Below, piece by piece: positions 9,949-20,481 of a stretch of 64,000 nt of DNA. This DNA comes from an uncultured Planctomycetia bacterium. Its GTDB lineage: Bacteria; Omnitrophota; Gorgyraeia; Duberdicusellales; 4484-171. The translations under genes were made by a program, and so were the position numbers. The notes under the pieces were generated by a model. That model searched no databases. It saw only the letters and a program-made list of their open reading frames with translations, and was not told the origin of the DNA. The stretch's first letter is position 1. Each line of letters opens with the position of its first letter. The stretch spans positions 524,878-588,877 of the forward strand of contig CAZVQU010000002.1 in the NCBI GenBank assembly GCA_964629655.1, written 5' to 3'.

Positions 9949-10797
9949 TTAGAAATGAGTATATCCTTTGACTTCCACCTTGGATATCTTATTGTTATCT
10001 CTTATTTTATAACCGCAAGCTCTGGAAACGATTCTACCGACACAATAAAACTTCTTTTTCAAACAAGAAAGTTTCTTCTCATTTTTATCAATAGTAAAGA
10101 TTAACTCATAATCTTCTCCACGATAAAGGTCTAAGTCTCCTCTAGCAAGAGGAATATCCTTTTTATCTAAAATAGCGCCTTTTTCACTTAGTTTCAACAC
10201 TCGATATAAATCAAGAATAAAGCCATCGCTAATATCAATCATAGAATTTACCTTAAAGTTTCTAGCTAAATATTGAGCTTCTTTTATTCTTGGAGTAAAA
10301 GGTTTATCAAAGGGCCTTTTTCCCAATTTAGAAGTTATAAAGATATAGTCTCCTAGTTTAGCCCCGGAGCGAAGAATCGGTTTTCGGCAACTGCCTACTC
10401 CCCAGACATCTAAAATTAACTGCTCTGAACTTGAAGTATCTCCGCCGACTAATGAAAACTTATACTGCTCGGATAATTTTAAAATTCCCTGCAGTATCTG
10501 CTTTAGATATCTTTTATCTAAGCCCCTTGGTGCAGCTAAAGATACTCCGATAAATTTAGGCACACCGCCGCAAGCTGCAAAGTCAGATAAGACTCTCGCC
10601 ACTGCTCTTTTGCCGATATTCTCAAAGCTGATCTTTTTCCGATTAAAGTGAACCCGGTCAATAAATAAGTCGCTTTTTAAAAGAAGGTTTTGACTTCCGG
10701 CTTTAACCACAGCGCAGTCATCGCCGATGCCAACCGATGAACCCTTAGCCGTCTTTACCTTTTTTCTTAAATAATCAACCCATTCTAGTTCGCTCAT
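9949..10797 (-). CDS. thiL: Thiamine-monophosphate kinase (start probably MSELEW at 10797, not 10857)
   Basis: GIGDDCA, LSDFAACGG, GGDT, DISDG, GEDYEL; the extra 20 codons overlap a promoter-like TATAAT. Confidence 0.93.
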   Translation of the reverse strand: MSELEWVDYLRKKVKTAKGSSVGIGDDCAVVKAGSQNLLLKSDLFIDRVHFNRKKISFENIGKRAVARVLSDFAACGGVPKFIGVSLAAPRGLDKRYLKQILQGILKLSEQYKFSLVGGDTSSSEQLILDVWGVGSCRKPILRSGAKLGDYIFITSKLGKRPFDKPFTPRIKEAQYLARNFKVNSMIDISDGFILDLYRVLKLSEKGAILDKKDIPLARGDLDLYRGEDYELIFTIDKNEKKLSCLKKKFYCVGRIVSRACGYKIRDNNKISKVEVKGYTHF

Positions 10798-11131
10798 GAG
10801 TGATGATATTATAGGGTAAATGTGGTTAAATTCAAAGGAAAATATAAAAATCATCATTGCCCCTAAGGGCTAGGCATGCTACCATGAATAAATAAAAGTT
10901 ACGTCTATTAATTGTTAGGTGAAAAACTTAATTAATATTGGAAAACAAAAAGGAAGGATATTGAAATTGCATTGGTGATGTGAAATACTTAAAAGACAGG
11001 GAAACACGTGCTGAACCTGTTTCGTCAGAACCAGAAAAACATATGTTACATGGTTTAATTCTCAAAATTACAGAGTTATAAATAACCGCTGTCCCATTCA
11101 TATTTAAACTTAACTTAAAGAGGTGTCGTTA

Positions 11132-13075
11132 ATGTGCGGAATATGTGGAAAATTTGAATTTGCTTCTAATCAATCAGCAAATCAATCAATAATTGAAAAA
11201 ATGACTACTACCTTGAAACATCGTCCAAGCACGCAAAGTATATTTATGAATGGAAATATTGGTTTCGGGCTTATAACAAATTGTTGCGGCAGTAAAAGAG
11301 AAACTAAATGCTCTGGCTGTGTCTGTGCGGGCCTTGACAATACAGCTAATGCAGAAAAAAGAATAAGGTTTACCGCAAAAGATAAAGAACTACTACTGGT
11401 GTATGAAGGCGAATTATACAACTTTCATGAATTAAAAACGGATATAAATCAGAAGGGGCACTCTTTAAAAACAAACTCAAAAGTAGAAGTTATCCTACAT
11501 CTTTATGAGGAATACGGAGTTGATTGCATCCGGTATTTAAACGGAATATTCGCCTTGGCGATTTGGGATAAAAAAACTAGATCATTATTACTGGCCCGAG
11601 ACAGATTTGGAAGTAAACCCCTGTATTATACAATACAATCTGGCTGGATGAGTTTCGGATCAGAGATAAAAGCTATCTTAGCAGATCCGAATTGCAAGAA
11701 AAGTATAAATTTCTCCGGTTTACATGACTATTTGTCTTACAACTACGTTCCTTCTCCGAAAACCTTAATTAACGACATCAACATGATTCCTCCGGGACAT
11801 GTATTGTTATGTTCCGAAAACAAAATAAGTTTACAAGAGTATTGGAAACCAGAGGAAAATGTTGAACAGCTAAGAGACGAATCGTATTTCCTAGATTCTC
11901 TCTACGATAAGCTAAAAAAATCAGTCTTGCAACAATTAGATCAGGAAAAATCCATAGGGCTTTTTTTTAGTGGTGGATTAGATTCCAGTTCTCTTGCATA
12001 TTTAGTAAACAGCGTAAAAAAAAATGTCAAATTAAAAGGTTTCTATGCATCCTTCCGGGAATCGAAATATGATCCTTCACAGACTGTTTTATTTGCTGCC
12101 AAAAAACTAAACATAGATTGCACCAGAGTAATCATTAATCCAGACATATGTAATCTGCTTCCAAAAATTATTTGGCATCGGGATAATTTAGCGGCTGACC
12201 CATCTGTACTCGCTACATATCTCGTTGCCGACCACATTAAACATAACACATCTTTAGAAGTAGCATTCAGCGGATCAGGTTCTGATGAAACACTGGGCGG
12301 ATTTAATACTTATTTAGGTGATGTAGCAAGCTATTACTATCGCCGTCTAGTTCCTAAATTCTTAAGGAAGAACACTGCAAAAATTGCAAGTAAACTTTCT
12401 ATTTCTAATTGGCCGGTTAGCTTGCGTTTTAAAATAAAGCATCTTTTAATGGGAGCGCAATACGATGACATAGATAGAACCCATTATTTTTGGCGGCGCT
12501 GCTTTAGTGAGCAAGAAAAAAGAAAATTGTATGTTAGTGAATTACGGAAAGATATTTCTCATGATTCTTTTGATATATACAAAAAAGAGACACGCCAAAT
12601 AGAAAGTATAACAGATTTTAATAAACTTATTTGTGCCGATTTCAAGATACTTTCTCCGGGATTATTGCAGCCGATATTCGAGTGCGCAAATAGAGCAACA
12701 GGATTAAAAATTAGATCGCCGTTTTTGGATAATTCCTTGCTGGATTTTATATTATCTATACCATTTAACTTAAAAGTCAACAAACTAGAATCAAAATATT
12801 TGCTCAAAAAATTAATGCGTGGTAGGCTCCCACATAAAATTATATATGGCCCAAAAAAAGGACTCAGCGTGCCTGTAGGGTTATGGATAAAGAAAGAAGC
12901 TAAAGGTATTGTCACAGATTATCTTTCCGAAACGAATCTAAAAAGATTGGGCTATTTTGACGTAACATATGTTCAGAACTTATTAAACAAGCATTTCTCA
13001 GGAAACGAGGATAACACTTTTAAAATATGGTCGCTTTTTAACTTTTGCATTTGGCACAGCTTGTTTTTTAAATAA
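11132..13075 (+). CDS. AsnB-like amidotransferase / ATP-pyrophosphatase with degenerate glutaminase domain
   Basis: MCGICG start after AAGAGGTG RBS; RDRFGSKPLYY, SEIKA, SGGLDSS, RSPFLD; several glutaminase motifs altered. Confidence 0.9.
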   Translation: MCGICGKFEFASNQSANQSIIEKMTTTLKHRPSTQSIFMNGNIGFGLITNCCGSKRETKCSGCVCAGLDNTANAEKRIRFTAKDKELLLVYEGELYNFHELKTDINQKGHSLKTNSKVEVILHLYEEYGVDCIRYLNGIFALAIWDKKTRSLLLARDRFGSKPLYYTIQSGWMSFGSEIKAILADPNCKKSINFSGLHDYLSYNYVPSPKTLINDINMIPPGHVLLCSENKISLQEYWKPEENVEQLRDESYFLDSLYDKLKKSVLQQLDQEKSIGLFFSGGLDSSSLAYLVNSVKKNVKLKGFYASFRESKYDPSQTVLFAAKKLNIDCTRVIINPDICNLLPKIIWHRDNLAADPSVLATYLVADHIKHNTSLEVAFSGSGSDETLGGFNTYLGDVASYYYRRLVPKFLRKNTAKIASKLSISNWPVSLRFKIKHLLMGAQYDDIDRTHYFWRRCFSEQEKRKLYVSELRKDISHDSFDIYKKETRQIESITDFNKLICADFKILSPGLLQPIFECANRATGLKIRSPFLDNSLLDFILSIPFNLKVNKLESKYLLKKLMRGRLPHKIIYGPKKGLSVPVGLWIKKEAKGIVTDYLSETNLKRLGYFDVTYVQNLLNKHFSGNEDNTFKIWSLFNFCIWHSLFFK

Positions 13076-13189
13076 ATATACTTCTGGCGCTGGTATGATC
13101 AAATTTAAACTTGATCACATGTTGAATGGTGTATTTATAATTTGTTGTGCTAACAAAGGATAGGACAGCGAAAACATCCCCTGTAATAC

Positions 13190-13519
13190 TTATGAGCGAA
13201 TCATTACCAACAACATTTTGAAATTTTCTATAGCCTTTAAGGCATGGGGCTTATTTGCTGGTAAAATAATCATCTGACCAGATTCTACGTTATTCAGTTC
13301 ACCGGAAATTGTAATTTCTGCTTTGCCAGAAAGAATATGGACCATAGCATCAAAGGGAGCAGTATGTTCACTTAAGGCTTGTCCTTTACTAAAAGCAAAT
13401 AATGTTACGGTTCCGGTTTCTTTCTTTATTAAAGTCCTACTTACGATTGATCCATCTTGATAATCCACTAAATCATTCATATTTTCTAATTTTGCCTCTT
13501 GTCCCACATTCTCCTCCAA
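13190..13519 (-). CDS. Cupin domain protein
   Basis: LSEHTAPFDA and PANKPHAL cupin motifs. Confidence 0.92.
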   Translation of the reverse strand: MEENVGQEAKLENMNDLVDYQDGSIVSRTLIKKETGTVTLFAFSKGQALSEHTAPFDAMVHILSGKAEITISGELNNVESGQMIILPANKPHALKAIENFKMLLVMIRS

Positions 13520-13524
13520 TTTAT

Positions 13525-14007
13525 TTAATTCGGCCTTACGTAAAGAATTATTTTATGATTACCTTTAATGCTCGGATACTCGGTCCCGACTTTATTAAAA
13601 CCATGGCTGTTGAGCATATAATGCATAATATAATTATCCGAGCGCACTGTTGTGTAAACGCTCGCTCCGTTAAGCTGATTAATCATTGCCTCAAGCAATT
13701 TTCGGCCGAAACCTTTACCTCTTGATTCCGGTTTTGCATACATCCAACCCATTTCTAGTTCATAGCTACTCGCAATATCACTACACCCGGCTTTCTCAAA
13801 AATACTATTTTTGTATTGTTGGTAAAAACGTTTGATTGCGCTAACAGCTACCAGAGAAGGATCTTTGAGAAAGAAAAGCTTTTTTGCTCTTCTGACTCTC
13901 TCCTTTAATCCACTAGGGTCTACTTCACCGCCCTGATTAACCAGGCTGACGAATTCATTTATTTCCTGATCCAAACATTCACTTGGTAGCTTTATAATAA
14001 GTTCCAC
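13525..14007 (-). CDS. GNAT-family acetyltransferase
   Basis: PESRGKGFGRKLL acetyl-CoA motif A; N...M...HGF; GTG start. Confidence 0.85.
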   Translation of the reverse strand: MELIIKLPSECLDQEINEFVSLVNQGGEVDPSGLKERVRRAKKLFFLKDPSLVAVSAIKRFYQQYKNSIFEKAGCSDIASSYELEMGWMYAKPESRGKGFGRKLLEAMINQLNGASVYTTVRSDNYIMHYMLNSHGFNKVGTEYPSIKGNHKIILYVRPN

Positions 14008-14009
14008 CG

Positions 14010-15041
14010 CTACCCTAAAACCTTCTTTATATTCTTACCAAACGGAGGGCTAATTACTCCCTTATCGCTGACTATGGCAGTAATTAGTTTATTAGGGGTT
14101 ACGTCAAAGGCAGGATTATAAACCTTTACTCTCTTAGGGGCAACTTCTACTCTGTTGACTAACTTCCTTACCTCATCTTTATTTCTCTCTTCAATCGGAA
14201 TCGATTTTCCGCTCTTTAACTTTAAGTCAAAGGTACTAAAAGGAGCTACTATATAAAAAGGAATCTTATGATGCTTAGCTAATATTGCTAAGCCATAAGT
14301 GCCAATCTTATTGGCAGCATCACCATTAGCAGCAATTCTATCGGCCCCGACAAAAATCCTGTCAATTTTTCCCTGTTTCATTAAAATTGCCGCCATATTA
14401 TCACAGATAACAGTTGTTGGAACTCCTCTTTTATTTAGCTCCCAAGCACTCAGCCGTGAACCCTGTAGCAGAGGTCTGGTTTCGTCAGTATAAACTCCTA
14501 TATCCTTATAGAGCTCATGGGCCTTATAAATAACCGCCAAAGCTGTTCCATTTCCGGAAGTAGCCAGAAATCCGGCATTACAATGAGTTAGAATTCTATC
14601 GCCTTTTTTTATAAGCTTAACTCCCTGATTAGCCATCCGCTCACAAAGTAAGATATCTTCTGAGTTAATTGCCTGAGCTTCTTTCAAAATCTTATTCTTT
14701 ATGCAAGCTATACTATTATTCTTATTTTTTGATACAGCTTTCTCTAGTCTTTCTAAAGCCCAAGCTAAATTAACTGCTGTCGGGCGGCAGGATTTAAGGC
14801 TCTTTGAAGCTCTCTGAAACTGGCTTAAGAATTTCTTCTTAGTTAAAGATTTATTCTTAAAATGTATATAAAGACAGTAAGCTGCAAAGACTCCGATTAA
14901 GGGAGCACCCCTTACTTGGAGCTCTCCTATAGCCTTGTAACCGCCACTTAAATTCTTACACTCTTTCCAAACCTCTTTTAAGGGGAGTTTGGTTTGATCA
15001 ATATAGAATAAACGCTTATTTTTAAACTTTATAGCTCGCAT
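14010..15041 (-). CDS. mtnA: S-methyl-5-thioribose-1-phosphate isomerase
   Basis: VRGAPLIG, RPTAVNL, LTHCNAG, ETRPLLQGSRL, ANKIGTY, NPAFDVTP. Confidence 0.97.
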   Translation of the reverse strand: MRAIKFKNKRLFYIDQTKLPLKEVWKECKNLSGGYKAIGELQVRGAPLIGVFAAYCLYIHFKNKSLTKKKFLSQFQRASKSLKSCRPTAVNLAWALERLEKAVSKNKNNSIACIKNKILKEAQAINSEDILLCERMANQGVKLIKKGDRILTHCNAGFLATSGNGTALAVIYKAHELYKDIGVYTDETRPLLQGSRLSAWELNKRGVPTTVICDNMAAILMKQGKIDRIFVGADRIAANGDAANKIGTYGLAILAKHHKIPFYIVAPFSTFDLKLKSGKSIPIEERNKDEVRKLVNRVEVAPKRVKVYNPAFDVTPNKLITAIVSDKGVISPPFGKNIKKVLG

Positions 15042-15103
15042 TTTGATTTTATTATTCGAAAATTTTGGAAGACCTATCGTTTTGAAGATGAAATAAAGAG
15101 TAA

Positions 15104-15484
15104 CTATTTCCTGATAAACCTATTGATACAGTCAATTAGCTCCTCAGGATCAAAGGGTTTGTTCAAAAAAGCTTGAGCACCCATTCCGTGAACCTTATTC
15201 CTTAATTCCTCTCCTTGCTGAGCAGTTAGCACTATAACCGGTATATTATTGGTATATGTTGACCTTTTTAAATTTTCTAAAACAAAAAATCCTCCACCGG
15301 CAGGCAAACCCAAATCCAGAATTACTAAATCCACCTTTTCTTTTTGGGCCTGGCTTGTACCTTGCAGCCCGTCATTGGCAATAAAAGTTGCGTACCCTCG
15401 GGATTTCAGCAAAATCGATAAACCAGACGCTAATTCATTCTCGTCTTCAATAATCAATATTTTCTTAGCTGTTTCTTCGCCCAT
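15104..15484 (-). CDS. Single-domain response regulator
   Basis: LIIEDE, ILDLGLP, VLTA, KPF; overlaps the end of the upstream kinase. Confidence 0.93.
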   Translation of the reverse strand: MGEETAKKILIIEDENELASGLSILLKSRGYATFIANDGLQGTSQAQKEKVDLVILDLGLPAGGGFFVLENLKRSTYTNNIPVIVLTAQQGEELRNKVHGMGAQAFLNKPFDPEELIDCINRFIRK

Positions 15485-16487
15485 TTTTAGACCTTGCCCC
15501 TCCCCTTAAATCACATGGCAACAACACAATAAATTTACTACCCTTACCGGCCCAATCCTCAGCCCAGACTTTTCCCTTGTGAAATTCAATAATATCCTTA
15601 GTAATCGCAAGCCCAAGGCCAGTACCCTCTTTTTGATTATTAACTCTTTCAAATTTATCAAATATTTTTGATAATTTGTCGTTAGGTATACTTGGTCCGC
15701 TATTCATGCACTCTAATCTAAGCAAATTATTCTCAAAAAAAGCTTTCAAGCTCACTGAACCACCCTGGGGAGTATATTTCGCAGCATTACCGATGAGATT
15801 ATTCAGAACTTGATTAATTTTATCCTTATCCCCCCACAAAAATAACTGGTCATTAGCGATTTCCTTATCTACCTTTATGGATTTCTCACGAAACAAACCA
15901 TCAAATTCTTTAGCCTGCTCATTCAATATCTGCGAAAAATTGCACAACTCTCTCTTACCGCCAACCATCCTGGCTTCAATCTTATGTAAGTCTAGAAGAT
16001 CGGTTATCAAACGGCTCATCCTGTCTATTACGCTACGGCAGATGTTAAGAACTTTTTTCTGCTCACTGGTTATGTTGCCTGCTATACCCTTTAACATATT
16101 AAATATACTTAGCCGGATAGTAGCAAGAGGGTTTTTGAGCTCATGCGAGACCGTGGCAACAAATTTTGATTTTAATTGATCGCTGTGTTTTGCCCGGGCG
16201 GCATAAACAATGATTCTAGTTAAAATGCTTCTTATAACCGAGTACCCTATATAGAAACCACAAACAGAGATCAAAATAGTTACGGCTAACATAAAGCCGA
16301 TCTCACCGATGAGAATATCAAGAGTAAACAATCTATTCACTAAAATATAGAAGAACACCAAAAAAGGCACTATGCTCATCAGAGAAAAAGCTACATTAAA
16401 TTTACGGCGAGGGTCTCCTTTTAGCTCCTGCAGTACTAATTTTAATGACTGATCATCAATTTTTTTCTTTTCCATGCTCTCCTCCAA
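15465..16487 (-). CDS. Two-TM histidine kinase without a large sensor domain
   Basis: Two TM helices, VSHELKNPL, NLIGNAAKY, GTGLGLAI. Confidence 0.93.
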   Translation of the reverse strand: MEESMEKKKIDDQSLKLVLQELKGDPRRKFNVAFSLMSIVPFLVFFYILVNRLFTLDILIGEIGFMLAVTILISVCGFYIGYSVIRSILTRIIVYAARAKHSDQLKSKFVATVSHELKNPLATIRLSIFNMLKGIAGNITSEQKKVLNICRSVIDRMSRLITDLLDLHKIEARMVGGKRELCNFSQILNEQAKEFDGLFREKSIKVDKEIANDQLFLWGDKDKINQVLNNLIGNAAKYTPQGGSVSLKAFFENNLLRLECMNSGPSIPNDKLSKIFDKFERVNNQKEGTGLGLAITKDIIEFHKGKVWAEDWAGKGSKFIVLLPCDLRGGARSKNGRRNS

Positions 16488-16615
16488 TATTGATGAATAT
16501 TCCTTTTCAAGCTCATTATAAGCCTGAAACGCTCCTTTTCAAACAAATTATTTAGTAGATTTAATACCCAAATAATCCCCTGTCACTATTAGAAAAAGGG
16601 CTATTTTGGCGCCTT

Positions 16616-17377
16616 TTACCGCTTAGACCTTAGAATTCCAGGGAATAATAGATTTATATTAGTAGAAATGGCCTGTTTTAGGTTTTTTTCGCTAATTCCC
16701 TTAATTTCAGCTGCTTCTTTGTAGGTCTTATCAATATCCAAAGGCGTTGAGGGCTTACCTGCAACCCGCATATAAGGAGAATCAGTCTCAAGAATTAGCT
16801 TATCTAAAGGGCAGCTCTTTAAAGATTGGGTAATTTCTTCCTTTTTTCTTAGGATATTAAGAGAAAAGGATACAAATCCTCTTCTTTCAACGATCTTAGC
16901 TAAAAAGTCCTGACTGTATGAGAAACAATGAAACACCACCGTTTCATAACTTGAGTAAAACTTATCTAAGATATCTAAAATCTTGGTATCTTGCCAGCGA
17001 TTATGTATCATAACCGGCAGGTCCTTATTTTTAGCTAACTCAATAAAGGCAGCTAGAATATCTTCTTGCAGCTGGACAGGGGAGTCAGCTTTATAATCTA
17101 AACCGATCTCACCGATAGCTATTACCTTCTTATTGTCATCAATAAGCTTATCATAGTCTCTAATTACTGTCGGTGAGAAGCTCTTTCCTGAGAAGGGATG
17201 GAATCCCAAGGCGCTATACACAAAATCATGCTTACTTGAGACCTCTAAAGATACTTTAGAACTATTTAAATCAATGCTGGAGTCAATAAAACAATATTCG
17301 CCCTTAGAAGATGACATTACATCCTCTCTGGTAATTTTAGAGAGTGAATTAAGGTGGCAATGTGAATCAATCAACAT
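16616..17377 (-). CDS. tatD: TatD-family hydrolase
   Basis: DSHCHL, GEIGLDY, HCFS, ETDSPY. Confidence 0.93.
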   Translation of the reverse strand: MLIDSHCHLNSLSKITREDVMSSSKGEYCFIDSSIDLNSSKVSLEVSSKHDFVYSALGFHPFSGKSFSPTVIRDYDKLIDDNKKVIAIGEIGLDYKADSPVQLQEDILAAFIELAKNKDLPVMIHNRWQDTKILDILDKFYSSYETVVFHCFSYSQDFLAKIVERRGFVSFSLNILRKKEEITQSLKSCPLDKLILETDSPYMRVAGKPSTPLDIDKTYKEAAEIKGISEKNLKQAISTNINLLFPGILRSKR

Positions 17378-18917
17378 CTATACGCGGAAAAAGAGGTGAC
17401 TCTTTTTTTATTGAGAAACTTAATTTACTACCCCAGGAACTCTCCCCATGGGAGAAAGACTTAGCCTCTAAACCTAGCTGCCTGTATATTGACTCTGAAA
17501 CCTTAGGCGTAACCGGATAAATATATAAAGCAACTATTCTGATTCCTTCACAAAGCCCGGCTAAGAAGTCTTTTATCTCACCTATTTTCTTCTCTTTCCA
17601 GAGAATCCAAGGCTTAGTATCTTCAATATACTTATTCATCACCCGAATGAAGGCGAATATCTCCTCTAGGGCCAGAGAAAACCGGCAATTATCCATATGA
17701 GTAGTATAGTTCTTATTTAAGTTCTCTAAACAACTCCTAAACTCTCCTGGCGCTTTAGTGCTTGAAGAGACCTCGGCCTCTAAATACTTCTCAGCCATAT
17801 TTAAAGTCCTGAAGACTAAATTACCTAAATCATTAGCTAAGTCAGAGTTGGTTCTATTCACTAAAGCAGCCCAGGAAAAACTTCCGTCTAGGCCTACCGG
17901 GATCTCTCTAAGCAAAAAATAGCGAAAAGCATCTACAGCTGCATCCTGACTACCGCCTAAAGATGCACTTAAGCTTGAGAGAAGCTCTAGGGGATTAACA
18001 ATATTTCCTCGAGACTTAGAGATCTTTTCTTCATCCTTTCTCCACCAGCCGTGGGCAAATATTATTTTTGGCGGCTCGATATCTAAAGCTTTTAACATTA
18101 TCGGCCAAAATATAGCATGGTGCCTTAAAATATCCTTACCGATGAAATGGATATCTGCCGGCCATAACTTTTTAAACTTATCATTCTTAAAAAAACAGCC
18201 AGCTGCGCTAATGTAATTAATTAGAGCATCAAACCAAACATAGACTACATAATTATCATCAAGAGGAAAATCTATACCCCAGGATACTCTACTTCTTGGC
18301 CGGGATATACAAAGATCTTCTAAAGAATTATTATTTAGGAATCCTAATACTTCATTGTAGCGTATCTTAGGCCTAACAGATGAAGGATTGTTCTTTAGAT
18401 GTTTTTTTAACCACTGCTCATACTTAGATAGCTTAAAAAAGTAATTCTCCTCTTCGATTTCCTCTACTTCCCGCTTACACTCCACACAGCCGCTGGCTTC
18501 TTTAACTTGGGCCCCGGTCCAGAATGACTCACAAGGAATACAATAGAAGGCCTTATACTTATCTTTATAAATATCTCCCTTCTTCTCTAGGGTAGTTATA
18601 ACTTTTCTCACCACATCGATATGATAATCATCAGTGGTACGGATAAAAGAATCATAAGAAATATTTAGCATAGCCCATAGGCCCTTGAAAACTTCTGCTC
18701 CTTTATCAACAAAAGCCTTAACCTCATTTTCGCTAGCTACAGCGGCCTGCTTTATCTTCTCACCATGTTCATCAGTACCAGTAAGGAAAAAAACCTCATC
18801 GGCCTTTGCCCGCTCATAACGAGCCATGCTATCAGCTATAATATTAGTATAGGCGTGGCCAATATGAGGATCAGCATTTACATAATAAAGGGGTGTAGTG
18901 AGGTAAGACTTACGCAT
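17367..18917 (-). CDS. metG: Methionine-tRNA ligase (short form)
   Basis: YVNADPHIGH, GTDEHG, YVWFDAL, GKDI, KISKS. Confidence 0.97.
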   Translation of the reverse strand: MRKSYLTTPLYYVNADPHIGHAYTNIIADSMARYERAKADEVFFLTGTDEHGEKIKQAAVASENEVKAFVDKGAEVFKGLWAMLNISYDSFIRTTDDYHIDVVRKVITTLEKKGDIYKDKYKAFYCIPCESFWTGAQVKEASGCVECKREVEEIEEENYFFKLSKYEQWLKKHLKNNPSSVRPKIRYNEVLGFLNNNSLEDLCISRPRSRVSWGIDFPLDDNYVVYVWFDALINYISAAGCFFKNDKFKKLWPADIHFIGKDILRHHAIFWPIMLKALDIEPPKIIFAHGWWRKDEEKISKSRGNIVNPLELLSSLSASLGGSQDAAVDAFRYFLLREIPVGLDGSFSWAALVNRTNSDLANDLGNLVFRTLNMAEKYLEAEVSSSTKAPGEFRSCLENLNKNYTTHMDNCRFSLALEEIFAFIRVMNKYIEDTKPWILWKEKKIGEIKDFLAGLCEGIRIVALYIYPVTPKVSESIYRQLGLEAKSFSHGESSWGSKLSFSIKKESPLFPRIDVD

Positions 18918-19704
18918 TCTCCTTAAAAAAAATCTTCTCTATCCTGCCGTCTTCCAGCTCAACATAAGCAAGCCTTTTTAAGACATTTACTGAGACAACC
19001 TTTCCCTTACCTTGGGCAGTCTCAATAGTCTGCCCTTCTTTAGGCAAGCCTTTAGATAAATCCCGGTAGTTCTTGTACTCATAAAAAAGACAGCACATCA
19101 ACCGGCCGCAAATACCGGAAATCTTTCCCGAGCTTAAAGGTAGCTTCTGGACCTTAGCCATCTTCATACTTACCGGCTCAAAATTCTTTAAAAATCTCAT
19201 GCAGCACAATTTTTGTCCGCAGGGACCGACTCCGCCAAAAAGGCGAGCCTCATCTCTTACACCAATCTGGCGCATCTCGATACGGATCTTAAATATCTTA
19301 GCTAACTCTTTAACTAACTCCCGAAAATCTACTCTTCCTTCAGAAGTGAAGTAAAAAACTATCTTCTTCTTATCAAATGAATACTCACTATCAACTAGCT
19401 TCATAGCCAGCTTATACTCCCGAACCTTACGAGCACATAGACGCATAGCATCTTTGGCTTCTCTCTCATTATTCTTTATCTGTTTTAAATCTTCAGGGGA
19501 TAATTTGCGGACTATATTTTTAACAACTCTCTCCTTAGCCTCAACCTTAGGACAGAGGTTCACATCATTGACCTCAATAACCTCACCATAGTCAACACCA
19601 CGGTCAGCCTCAATAAGAACATAGTCATGTACGGCTATATCTTCGGTAACCTGATAGGTCATAAGTTGACCAGCTTCTCTTAATCTTACTAAAGCAACTC
19701 TCAT
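18910..19704 (-). CDS. PSP1 domain protein (YaaT/RicT family)
   Basis: RVDFRELVKEL, RIEMRQIGVRDEA, GPCGQKLCC, CGRLMCCL. Confidence 0.93.
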   Translation of the reverse strand: MRVALVRLREAGQLMTYQVTEDIAVHDYVLIEADRGVDYGEVIEVNDVNLCPKVEAKERVVKNIVRKLSPEDLKQIKNNEREAKDAMRLCARKVREYKLAMKLVDSEYSFDKKKIVFYFTSEGRVDFRELVKELAKIFKIRIEMRQIGVRDEARLFGGVGPCGQKLCCMRFLKNFEPVSMKMAKVQKLPLSSGKISGICGRLMCCLFYEYKNYRDLSKGLPKEGQTIETAQGKGKVVSVNVLKRLAYVELEDGRIEKIFFKENA

Positions 19705-19707
19705 CTC

Positions 19708-20481
19708 TTAAAGTTTTAAACGAATCAAATTAAGGGCTAAATTCATATTTACGCTCTTCACCGCCCCGTAAATCTTCAAAATATCCTTTAAAATACTATC
19801 TATTTGGCTTAGGCTATATGGAGCTAAGATTATCTCACCTTCTAAGGCCTGAGGCAACTGATTATTTCCCAACCCGGTTTTAGAGATTAAGCTCTGGCGT
19901 AAGACCATAATCAGGGTCCAAAGAAAGGAGGAAAACCTCTTACGGTCGCTAAAGCGCAAGTCTTGGCCTTTTAAAAAACTAAAAACACTCCCCTTTATGC
20001 TCTCATCAACCTCTTCTTCCCTAGAAGGCAAGAATATCCGGCGGCAACGCGAAATTATTGTTGGCAGCAAACCATCTAATTTAGAGGCTGAAATTGCTAT
20101 AAAAGAATTCTTGGGCGGCTCCTCAAGAGTCTTGAGGAAAGCATTAGCTGCAGCCGGTGTTAAGGCTTGAGCATTATTTATAATCATGATCTTCCTTCTT
20201 AATCGAAAACTCTTCAAAGAAAAGAAGCGCATGCCCTCTCTTATTGACTCAATCTTTATTGAAAAACCGTCCGGTGAAATAGTAAAGAGATCAGGATGGT
20301 TACCGTCTTCTATCCTCTTGCAATCCCAACAACTATCACAAAAGTCTAACCTTTCAGTGCAGCTGATTAACTTAGCAACATCTACGATTGCCTTATCATC
20401 CTCACCAACAAAAAGGTAAGATGTCCCAAGAAGGTCTCTTTTCTTTAAAATTTGAAAGTAATTTAAAATATCCTCTCTCAA
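19708..20481 (-). CDS. holB: DNA polymerase III delta-prime subunit
   Basis: CDSCWDC zinc site, HPD, AANAFLKTLEEPP, TIISRC; lies between tmk and PSP1. Confidence 0.9.
   Translation of the reverse strand: MREDILNYFQILKKRDLLGTSYLFVGEDDKAIVDVAKLISCTERLDFCDSCWDCKRIEDGNHPDLFTISPDGFSIKIESIREGMRFFSLKSFRLRRKIMIINNAQALTPAAANAFLKTLEEPPKNSFIAISASKLDGLLPTIISRCRRIFLPSREEEVDESIKGSVFSFLKGQDLRFSDRKRFSSFLWTLIMVLRQSLISKTGLGNNQLPQALEGEIILAPYSLSQIDSILKDILKIYGAVKSVNMNLALNLIRLKL

Noticed and set aside
10980-11081. About 33-codon ORF upstream of the AsnB-like gene as a lasso peptide precursor
   Set aside because: No leader Thr(-2)/Gly core pattern and no B protein genes nearby.
19708-20481. holB as a pseudogene (no intact Walker A, short)
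   Set aside because: Delta-prime does not need ATP binding; the zinc site and SRC motif are intact and gene overlaps are preserved.
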